Assembly (NCBI GenBank): GCA_016208355.1
Contig: JACQYE010000086.1
Location: 1 to 46,864, forward strand
Length of the DNA stretch: 46,864 nt
Reading direction: 5' to 3'
DNA from: Chloroflexota bacterium
GTDB lineage: Bacteria > Chloroflexota > Anaerolineae > Anaerolineales > Villigracilaceae
Below are positions 1 to 6,828 of this stretch, one piece after another. The notes below the pieces were generated by a model. The model saw only the letters and a program-made list of their open reading frames with translations, ran no database searches and was not told the DNA's origin. Both the position numbers and the translations under genes were made by a program. Position 1 is the stretch's first letter. The number at the start of each line of letters is the position of its first letter.

Positions 1-2
1 CC

Positions 3-875
3 TTCGTCCGTGGTCGCGGCTTCGCCACCGGTTTCAAAAATGTCGGCTTCTCGTTTGGCTACCAGGAAAACTCCTGGGCGCGCATCGAACTGCATGGCAA
101 GACCGAGATCGAGCAGGCTGTCCTGTGGCACGCCGGCGCCGAGGTCGGGCAGGGCACGCACACCGTCATGGTGCAGATGGCCGCCGAAGCGCTTGGGATT
201 TCGGTCGGAAAGGTAACGCTGGTGGCCTCCGACTCGGCCACGATGGGCAATCCCGGCTCCGCCTCGGCCTCGCGTATGACCTTCATGTCAGGGAATTCCA
301 TCCGGGGCGCGGCCGCCGCCGCGTTGGAAAAATGGAAGGCGGAGGAACGCCCGGCGATTGCCGAGTACACCTACCTGGCCCCCAAGACCCAGCCCTTCGA
401 CCCGGAAACCGGGCGCTCGACCCCGAATTTTTCCTATGCCTACGTGGCCCAGGCTGTCGAGGTCGAGGTGGATACCGAGACCGGCTTCATCAAAATCCTG
501 CGCGTGGTCTCCGCCGACGACGTGGGCAAAGCCATCAACCCCGCCCTGGTGCGGGGACAGATCGAGGGCGGCGTGGTGCAGGCGCAGGGCTACGCCATGC
601 TGGAAGACATGAAGGTAAAAAACGGGCGCATCCTGACCGACCAGTTGAGCACCTATCTCATCCCAACCATCCTCGACATCCCCGACGCCGTGGAATCAGT
701 CATCATCGAAGTCGCCGAGCCGAACGGACCTTTCGGGGCGCGCGGCCTGGGCGAACTCCCGTTCCTGCCGCTGGCCCCGGCCATCGCCGCCGCTGTCCAC
801 GACGCCACCGGCGTCTGGTTCAGCGAATTCCCACTCACACCCGAGCGCGTCCTGCGCGGGCTGGGAAAGATATAA
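3..875 (+). CDS. xanthine dehydrogenase/aldehyde oxidase-family molybdopterin-binding subunit, C-terminal part (5-prime end lies outside window)
   Basis: Frame 3 is open from base 3. Translation FVRGRGFATGFKNVGFSFGYQ...GAEVGQGTHTVMVQMAAEALGI...ARGLGELPFLPLAPAIAAAVHDATGVWF resembles the conserved C-terminal Mo-binding domain of XdhA/CoxL-type hydroxylases. Stop TAA at 873-875. Confidence 0.85.
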   Translation, partial: FVRGRGFATGFKNVGFSFGYQENSWARIELHGKTEIEQAVLWHAGAEVGQGTHTVMVQMAAEALGISVGKVTLVASDSATMGNPGSASASRMTFMSGNSIRGAAAAALEKWKAEERPAIAEYTYLAPKTQPFDPETGRSTPNFSYAYVAQAVEVEVDTETGFIKILRVVSADDVGKAINPALVRGQIEGGVVQAQGYAMLEDMKVKNGRILTDQLSTYLIPTILDIPDAVESVIIEVAEPNGPFGARGLGELPFLPLAPAIAAAVHDATGVWFSEFPLTPERVLRGLGKI

Positions 876-880
876 CCCCC

Positions 881-1582
881 ATGTTCAAACGCTTTCAAAA
901 CTTATTCGCCCGCCACAAATACAAAGCGGGTATCTTTCTATTACTGGCCGCTGCTTCTGCCATTTGCGTCATAATGGTCCTTGCCCGGAATGCATACAGC
1001 GATACCGGGCAATACCGGTCGCTTGTTTGGAATCTCTTTCTGGCGTGGATTCCATTTGTCCTGGCTTATCTGGCCTACATATTTTCGTGGCGGCGATGGC
1101 TTCTCTATCTAATTCTTCCCATCTTTGCCTTCCTGTGGCTGATCTTTTTCCCCAACGCACCCTACATCCTGACCGACTTGCAGCACCTCAATGAGCAGGC
1201 CTCCAATGTCCCACTCTGGTATGACGTGATCCTCCTCATCTGGTTCTCGTGGACAGGCATGTTGCTGGGGATCGTGTCCCTTAACCTGATGCAGGAGATC
1301 GTCAAACGCCAGGTTGGCCGCTGGCTGGGCTGGGTTTTCGTGCTCGTGGTGGCAGGTTTGAGCAGCGCCGGCATCTACATCGGCCGCTTCATCCGCCTCA
1401 ACTCATGGGACATCCTGCAGGACCCCACCGGAACCGCGAAAGACCTTTGGAACTGGCTGCAGGACCCCAGCCTTAGTTCCGTAGGTTTCATTGGCCTTTA
1501 CACCCTGTTTTTCCTCTTTGCCTACTTCACCATTTACGCATTCGGCCACATCCTCCAGGAAGGGGCCAAAAATAATGCTTGA
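881..1582 (+). CDS. DUF1361-family polytopic membrane protein
   Basis: ATG at 881, 5 nt after the xdh stop. MFKRFQNLF..., multiple TM helices, and the FPNAPYILTDLQHL motif typical of DUF1361. The upstream part of track ORF 125-1582 is an Arg-rich shadow frame. Confidence 0.75.
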   Translation: MFKRFQNLFARHKYKAGIFLLLAAASAICVIMVLARNAYSDTGQYRSLVWNLFLAWIPFVLAYLAYIFSWRRWLLYLILPIFAFLWLIFFPNAPYILTDLQHLNEQASNVPLWYDVILLIWFSWTGMLLGIVSLNLMQEIVKRQVGRWLGWVFVLVVAGLSSAGIYIGRFIRLNSWDILQDPTGTAKDLWNWLQDPSLSSVGFIGLYTLFFLFAYFTIYAFGHILQEGAKNNA

Positions 1583-1612
1583 GGCTGCATCCCGTCATCA
1601 TTGAAATCCACC

Positions 1613-2413
1613 ATGCAGATTCCCCTCGACTATCACACGCACAGCCGATTCTCCGAAGATGGGGACGATTCGCCCGAGGCCATGTGCCTCCGGGCGATTG
1701 CTCTCGGCATCCCCGAAATTGGATTCAGCGAGCACTGGGACGTTGGCCCTCACGAACAGAACCCGCGCTTCTTCCAGCCCGAACCCTGGTTCAGGGAAAT
1801 CGAGCGCCTGCGGGACCTGTTTGCTGGTCAATTAATCCTGCGGGCCGGGATCGAGATCGCCGAACCGCATCTGTACCCGGAACCTGCCGCCGAAGTCCTG
1901 GGGCGCGCCTGCTTCGATTATGTCATCGGCTCAGTGCATTGGGTCGGTCCGCATTTCATGTTCGACGAACAATACTTCAGCCAGCACAGCGCAGACGAGA
2001 TATATGATGCTTATTTCGCCGAACTGGGCCGGATGGTGAGCAGCGCCGACATTGACATCGTTGGCCATCTCGATATCCCGTCCCGCACCGCCAAACCCAT
2101 CCTGGGCTATGATCCTGCCCGTTATAAAAACCAGATACGCGGCATCCTGCGCATCGTCATCGAACGCGGACTGGCGCTGGATATAAATGCCGCCGGGCTG
2201 CGCAAACCGTCCCGCAATCTGATGCCCGATCCGCTCATCCTGAAATGGTTTGCCGAAATGGGCGGCGACCGCGTCACCCTCGGCTCGGACGCCCACGCAG
2301 CCGGACAGGTGGGCCTGCACCTTGCCGCCGCGCTGGGCGCTGTCCGCCTCGCCGGGCTGACTCACATCACACAATTCGAGGGGCGGCGGGCGCGGCCCAT
2401 CCGAATTGGGTAG
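1613..2413 (+). CDS. PHP-domain phosphoesterase (histidinol-phosphatase HisJ family-like)
   Basis: MQIPLDYHTHSRFSEDG... N-terminal HxH motif, later GSVHW and GSDAH motifs of the PHP fold. The track ORF starts at TTG 1601; ATG 1613 is preferred. Confidence 0.8.
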   Translation: MQIPLDYHTHSRFSEDGDDSPEAMCLRAIALGIPEIGFSEHWDVGPHEQNPRFFQPEPWFREIERLRDLFAGQLILRAGIEIAEPHLYPEPAAEVLGRACFDYVIGSVHWVGPHFMFDEQYFSQHSADEIYDAYFAELGRMVSSADIDIVGHLDIPSRTAKPILGYDPARYKNQIRGILRIVIERGLALDINAAGLRKPSRNLMPDPLILKWFAEMGGDRVTLGSDAHAAGQVGLHLAAALGAVRLAGLTHITQFEGRRARPIRIG

Positions 2414-2505
2414 GGGCGACCCTTCAGGATTGTCCCAGCAGTCTGAAATTTTCGTCCTCCCCTCCAGCAATCCCACCGGTTCGCCCAGGACGGGTCGCCC
2501 CTACC
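2409..2505. repeat. 14-bp perfect inverted repeat (GGTAGGGGCGACCC / GGGTCGCCCCTACC) enclosing 69 nt, in the PHP-yqeB intergenic region
   Basis: Arms at 2409-2422 and 2492-2505. Inner helices are possible (TTCAG 2423-2427 / CTGAA 2443-2447; GTCCT 2454-2458 / AGGAC 2487-2491). The core GTAGGGGCGA recurs as a hairpin at 40803-40830. Confidence 0.6.
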
Positions 2506-2529
2506 AGAAAATCGTGGTTTAATATCCCC

Positions 2530-3336
2530 ATGCCTTCCATCCTCCTCATCCGCGGCGGCGGCGACCTGGCCACTGGCGTCGCCATCCGCCTCATCCGCTC
2601 CGGCCTGCGCGTGGCTGTCACCGAACTCGCCCAGCCGCTGGCTGTCCGGCGCACGGTCTCCTTTGCCGAGGCCGTCTACGCTGGGGAGATCACGGTCGAG
2701 GGTGTCACTGCCCGACGCGTGGACGACCCCACCGATACCCTGCGCATCCTGTCAATTTTCGGCAAACAGCAAGTCCCTATACTGGTGGACCCCGACTGCA
2801 TCTCAGCCCAGGCCCTGCATCCCGCGGTCATCGTGGACGGGCGCATGACCAAGCGTCCGCCCGAATCCATCGGCTACATCCCCCAACTCTACATCGGACT
2901 CGGCCCGGGATTCGAAGGTGGGGTGAACTGCCAGGCGGTGGTGGAAACCCGCCGCGGGCATACCCTCGGCCGCGTCTTCTTGCGCGGCGGCCCGGACCCG
3001 GATACGGGCGTGCCCGACGGCGACCCGCGGCGCGTCCTGCGCGCCCCGGCGGACGGTGAACTTGTCACCCATGCAGAGATCTGCCAGCACGTTGAACCCG
3101 GGCAGATCATCGCCGAAGTCGCCGGAGAGAAAGTTACAGCCCAGTTCGCGGGCATCCTGCGCGGCATGCTTCACCCCGGCCTAACGGTCACTCGCGGCCT
3201 GAAAATCGGCGACATTGACCCGCGCGACGACCCGCGTCTCTGCACCCTGGTCTCTGACAAAGCCCTGTCCGTCGGCGGCGGGGTTCTGGAAGCAATCCTC
3301 TCCAAGCCCGAACTACGCACCATAATGTGGACTTAA
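2530..3336 (+). CDS. yqeB: selenium-dependent molybdenum hydroxylase system protein, YqeB family
   Basis: MPSILLIRGGGDLATGVAIRLIRSGLRVAVTELAQPLAVRRTVSFAEAVYAGE... is the characteristic YqeB N-terminus. ATG 2530 is in frame with track ORF 2245-3336, whose upstream part is Arg/Pro-rich junk. Confidence 0.8.
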   Translation: MPSILLIRGGGDLATGVAIRLIRSGLRVAVTELAQPLAVRRTVSFAEAVYAGEITVEGVTARRVDDPTDTLRILSIFGKQQVPILVDPDCISAQALHPAVIVDGRMTKRPPESIGYIPQLYIGLGPGFEGGVNCQAVVETRRGHTLGRVFLRGGPDPDTGVPDGDPRRVLRAPADGELVTHAEICQHVEPGQIIAEVAGEKVTAQFAGILRGMLHPGLTVTRGLKIGDIDPRDDPRLCTLVSDKALSVGGGVLEAILSKPELRTIMWT

Positions 3337-3399
3337 CCACCAAGGCATAAAGATAGAAAAACCAGTTTTAGCGTCTTTGTGTCTTCGTGGTAAACAACT

Positions 3400-4722
3400 A
3401 TGAATCTTGCTCAAGCAATCCGCATCTTAAATGCCCCCTGCCTCGCTCTAATTGGTGCAGGCGGAAAAACAACCGCCCTCTTTCGGCTGGCGCGCTCCCT
3501 GAATGAAGCCGGAGAGCCGGTCATTGTTACCGCGAGTACACATCTACACATTGACCAGATTCGGTTGGCTGATTCGCATTGGACCGGCACGAGACCCGAA
3601 GAATTGTCTGCGCTGGAAGACAACCTGCACGGCGTGATGCTCGTTACCGGTCCGATGGATGGAAATCGAACGGTGGGATTGGACAATAATACAATATCGT
3701 GGCTACGCGCAATGTGCGGTTATCACGATCTACCCATGCTCATCGAGGCCGATGGCGCGCGTCGGCGCCCACTCAAGGCCCCGGCGGAGCACGAGCCAGC
3801 AATCCCCGAATTTGTCGAAACAGTTATCGTGGTTGCCGGAATGGAAGGACTGGGAAAACCGTTGACGGATGAGTATGTCCATCGCCCGGAAATTTTCTCC
3901 CGCTTGAGCGGGCTGGAGTTGGGAGAAACCATCACTCCGGAAGCGTTGACCCGGGTACTCACCCACCCCGCGGGAGGGTTGAAGAATATCCCGCCCGGGG
4001 CGCGGCGCGTGGCGCTGTTGAACCAGGCCGACACGTCGGAGTTGCAGGCTCAGGCCAAAACATTGGCTGGGAAACTTCTGCCAGCCTTCCAATCGGTTGT
4101 GGTGGCATCGCTCCAACAATCTCAAATTTATGCTGTCCATGAACCGGTAGCCGGGATCGTCCTCGCCGCCGGGGAATCAAAGCGTTTCGGTCAGCCCAAA
4201 CAACTGCTCGACTGGCATGGAAAGCCGTTCGTCCGCCAGGTGACAGAGACGGCGCTCGCGGCCGGGTTATCCCCGGTTGTCGTTGTTACCGGCGCAAACG
4301 CCGAGGTGGTTGGGTCCACAATTCACGATTTGCCAATAACCATTCACCATAACCTGGACTGGCAAACAGGTCAGAGTTCATCTCTGCAAACCGGGTTGCG
4401 TGCTTTGTCTCCCGCAATTGGGGCGGCTGTCTTCCTGCTCGCTGACCAGCCGCAGGTCACGCCGACGGTGCTGCGGGCGCTGGTGGACCGTCACAGCCTG
4501 GACTTAAGCCCGGTGGTCGCGCCGCAGGTGCAGGGTCAACGCGGCACCCCTGTACTGTTCGACCGGGTCACCTTCCAGGACCTGGCGTCGCTTACCGGGG
4601 ATGTCGGCGGGCGGGCAATTTTCTCCAAATTCCCGATCACCTATCTTCCCTGGCATGACGAAAGTTTGCTGGCCGACATTGACACGCCGGAAGATTACAG
4701 GAAACTGGTCAATGGCGCATAA
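3400..4722 (+). CDS. fusion protein: YqeC-family P-loop accessory protein (N-half) + MocA/MobA-like molybdenum cofactor cytidylyltransferase (C-half)
   Basis: N-half: LIGAGGKTTALFRLA P-loop and IEADGARRRPLKAP. C-half from about residue 250: GIVLAAGESKRFGQPKQLLDWHGKPF, LLADQP, DIDTPEDY. Confidence 0.8.
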   Translation: MNLAQAIRILNAPCLALIGAGGKTTALFRLARSLNEAGEPVIVTASTHLHIDQIRLADSHWTGTRPEELSALEDNLHGVMLVTGPMDGNRTVGLDNNTISWLRAMCGYHDLPMLIEADGARRRPLKAPAEHEPAIPEFVETVIVVAGMEGLGKPLTDEYVHRPEIFSRLSGLELGETITPEALTRVLTHPAGGLKNIPPGARRVALLNQADTSELQAQAKTLAGKLLPAFQSVVVASLQQSQIYAVHEPVAGIVLAAGESKRFGQPKQLLDWHGKPFVRQVTETALAAGLSPVVVVTGANAEVVGSTIHDLPITIHHNLDWQTGQSSSLQTGLRALSPAIGAAVFLLADQPQVTPTVLRALVDRHSLDLSPVVAPQVQGQRGTPVLFDRVTFQDLASLTGDVGGRAIFSKFPITYLPWHDESLLADIDTPEDYRKLVNGA

Positions 4723-5311
4723 TGTATCCGCCATCATCCTGGCCGCAGGCGAATCCCAGCGCATGGGGCAGCCCAAACTGCTCCTGCCCTGGGGTGGGAG
4801 GACCGTGCTCGGGCAGGTGGTGTCCACGTTCGCCGCAGCAGGGATCGAGGAGATCGTTGTTGTCACGGGCGGGACGCGGGAGTTGGTGGAAGAAGAAGTA
4901 GGTCGCCTGGCAAGGCAGTTCCCCGCCCGGGCCGTATATAACCCTGAGTATGCCCGCGACGGGATGCTGAGCTCCATCCAGCGCGGGATCGGTTCACTCG
5001 GCTTGCGGCCGCGCGCCGCGCTGATCGGGCTGGGCGACCAGCCCCAGGTCCGGGAAGATACGGTACGGGCAACGTGCGTTGCATTTGTAGAAAAAAGAGC
5101 GCAGTTGGTAGTTCCCACTCATGGGGGCCGGCGCGGGCATCCCTGGCTGGCGGCGCGTCCGCTCTGGGATGAAATCCTCTCCCTGCCAGCTTCAATCACG
5201 CCACGCCAGTTCCTGGCCATCCACGCCGGGAAGATCGAATATGTCGAGACCGATGACAGCATCCTGCAAGACCTGGATACGCCGGAAGATTATGCCAGCC
5301 AGCGCCCGTAG
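4712..5311 (+). CDS. mocA: MocA-like molybdenum cofactor cytidylyltransferase (nucleotidyltransferase family)
   Basis: MAHNVSAIILAAGESQRMGQPKLLLPWGGRTVLGQV..., GLGDQP, DLDTPEDY. The ATG overlaps the last 11 nt of the preceding gene. Confidence 0.8.
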   Translation: MAHNVSAIILAAGESQRMGQPKLLLPWGGRTVLGQVVSTFAAAGIEEIVVVTGGTRELVEEEVGRLARQFPARAVYNPEYARDGMLSSIQRGIGSLGLRPRAALIGLGDQPQVREDTVRATCVAFVEKRAQLVVPTHGGRRGHPWLAARPLWDEILSLPASITPRQFLAIHAGKIEYVETDDSILQDLDTPEDYASQRP

Positions 5312-5352
5312 ACCTTGCGCAATCGGTCATCTTATGCTATTTTTGTCATAGC

Positions 5353-5937
5353 ATGATGTTGCGTTCTTTCATTGCGGTGGAAATTCCCCTCGAAATCCAG
5401 CAGGCCATTGCCCGAAGCACGGCCAGCCTGCAAAAATCCCTGCCCAAACCGCTCATCCGTTGGGTTGCCCCGCAAAACGTCCACTTGACACTCCAGTTCC
5501 TGGGCGACGTTTCGCCAGCCAACCTGGAACGACTGGCCGATGCGCTTAAGGTGGAAGCCGCTGCCCACTCGGCAATCGAGGTGCTGGTTGTCAAAACCGG
5601 CGCATTCCCGACCCCGCGCCGGGCGCGCGTTATATGGGTGGGACTCGAGGCCCCGGCGGCCCTCTCCGCCCTGCATCGCGGCGTGGAAGCCGTCACGACA
5701 CGGCTCGGCTACCCATCCGAGGAGCGCAGGTTCTCCCCGCACCTGACCATCGGGCGGGTGAACCAGAATGCCGCTGCGGCAGACCTGCAGAAGATCTATG
5801 CCGTTTTGCAACAAACGGACATCGGTATCCTGGGGCGTTTCCAGGTGGAAGCAATCCACCTCTTCAAAAGCGACCTGTCTTCCTCCGGCCCGATATACGC
5901 GCGGCTGTATTCCCTGCCGTTGGGCGAAAAAATATAA
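5353..5937 (+). CDS. thpR: RNA 2',3'-cyclic phosphodiesterase (2H phosphoesterase, ThpR/LigT)
   Basis: Two HxT motifs (VHLTLQFLG and PHLTIGRV) in a 194-aa protein. Confidence 0.85.
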   Translation: MMLRSFIAVEIPLEIQQAIARSTASLQKSLPKPLIRWVAPQNVHLTLQFLGDVSPANLERLADALKVEAAAHSAIEVLVVKTGAFPTPRRARVIWVGLEAPAALSALHRGVEAVTTRLGYPSEERRFSPHLTIGRVNQNAAAADLQKIYAVLQQTDIGILGRFQVEAIHLFKSDLSSSGPIYARLYSLPLGEKI

Positions 5938-5982
5938 TAATCACGCCAACATATTGGCGATCCAAAAATTACGAGGTGACTC

Positions 5983-6327
5983 CTGAAGACACTCGACCTG
6001 GCCCATACGATTGTTGATGCCCTGACAGAAAAGAAGGGCGAAAATATCATCCTGTTGGATGTTCACGACCTCACGTCTTTCACAGATTATTTTGTTATCT
6101 GCACCGGGACAAGTAACCGCATGTTAAACGCCCTGGCCGATGGCATCCTGGAGAAAACCAAAGGGGATTTTAAGAAGAGGAACCGCCTCCAGGGAACGCC
6201 TGAGGCGGGTTGGATCGTGCTGGATTACGGCGACATCGTTGTGCACTTGTTCGACGAGGAATTGCGGCGGTATTACAACCTGGAAGAATTGTGGAAAGAG
6301 GGGAAGATCGTGCTGCGCTTGCAGTAA
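5983..6327 (+). CDS. rsfS: ribosome silencing factor RsfS (probable non-canonical CTG start; the minimal TTG-started ORF is 6055-6327)
   Basis: ...ILLDVHDLTSFTDYFVICTGTSNRMLNALADGI...WIVLDYGDIVVHLFDEELRRYYNLEELW matches RsfS. RsfS-like sequence (LAHTIVDALTEKKGENIILL) continues upstream of the first ATG/GTG/TTG as far as the in-frame stop at 5977. A GAGGTGA Shine-Dalgarno lies at 5973-5979. Confidence 0.75.
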   Translation: MKTLDLAHTIVDALTEKKGENIILLDVHDLTSFTDYFVICTGTSNRMLNALADGILEKTKGDFKKRNRLQGTPEAGWIVLDYGDIVVHLFDEELRRYYNLEELWKEGKIVLRLQ

Positions 6328-6334
6328 AACAAAA

Positions 6335-6361
6335 CTCCCGGAGACAGGCTGTCTCCGGGAG
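6335..6361. terminator. bidirectional hairpin terminator between convergent rsfS and ndk
   Basis: CTCCCGGAGACAG / CTGTCTCCGGGAG, a perfect 13-bp palindrome. Confidence 0.65.
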
Positions 6362-6368
6362 GTCTTTC

Positions 6369-6821
6369 TTATTTCTCGAAAATCCACTTGTCGGCGTCCC
6401 GCCCCCAGCTGACCAACTCCTGCGGTTTGAACCACAGCGCCACTTCCTTCCCGCCGTTCTCGACCGTGTCGGAGGCATGGGTCAAGTTGCGGCCCACTTC
6501 CAGGGCAAAGTCGTGACGCAGCGAGCCGGGCGCGGCCTCGGTGGGTCGCGTGGCTCCCATCGTCTGGCGGATGGCGGCGACCGCGTTCGGCCCTTCCCAA
6601 ACCATCGCCATGACTGGGGCGGAGGTGATGTACTTGATCAGGCCTTCATAAAAGGGTTTGCCCTGATGAATGGCGTAGTGCGTCTCGGCTAGTTCCTGGG
6701 AGACCTGCGAGAATTTCGCGGCCACAAGACGTAGCCCGCGGCGCTCGAGACGGCTGATGACTTCCCCGATCAGCCCGCGCTGCACGCCATCGGGTTTGAC
6801 GAGTACGAGGGACTGTTCCAT
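6369..6821 (-). CDS. ndk: nucleoside-diphosphate kinase
   Basis: MEQSLVLVKPDGVQRGLIGEVISRLERRGLRLVAAKF...NLTHASDTVENG (active-site His in THASD). The ATG at 6821 lies 7 nt after the EF-G stop. Confidence 0.9.
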   Translation of the reverse strand: MEQSLVLVKPDGVQRGLIGEVISRLERRGLRLVAAKFSQVSQELAETHYAIHQGKPFYEGLIKYITSAPVMAMVWEGPNAVAAIRQTMGATRPTEAAPGSLRHDFALEVGRNLTHASDTVENGGKEVALWFKPQELVSWGRDADKWIFEK

Positions 6822-6828
6822 ACCAAAA

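Noticed and set aside
125-880. First 252 codons of the 485-aa track ORF 125-1582 (Arg/Gly/Pro-rich)
   Set aside because: It is an out-of-frame shadow of the Xdh subunit gene in GC-rich DNA, with low-complexity composition. The real DUF1361 gene starts at ATG 881.
3337-3399. GT-rich stretch (GTTTTAGCGTCTTTGTGTCTTCGTGGT) resembling 11505-11545 (GTTTTACTCTGTGGACTCGGTGTTCTCTGTGGT)
   Set aside because: The similarity is loose and compositional. It is not alignable as a repeat family with confidence.
1-5311. In-frame TGA (selenocysteine) codons in the Se-related cluster
   Set aside because: All ORFs are uninterrupted. The YqeB/YqeC system concerns a labile Se cofactor rather than Sec, so none is expected.
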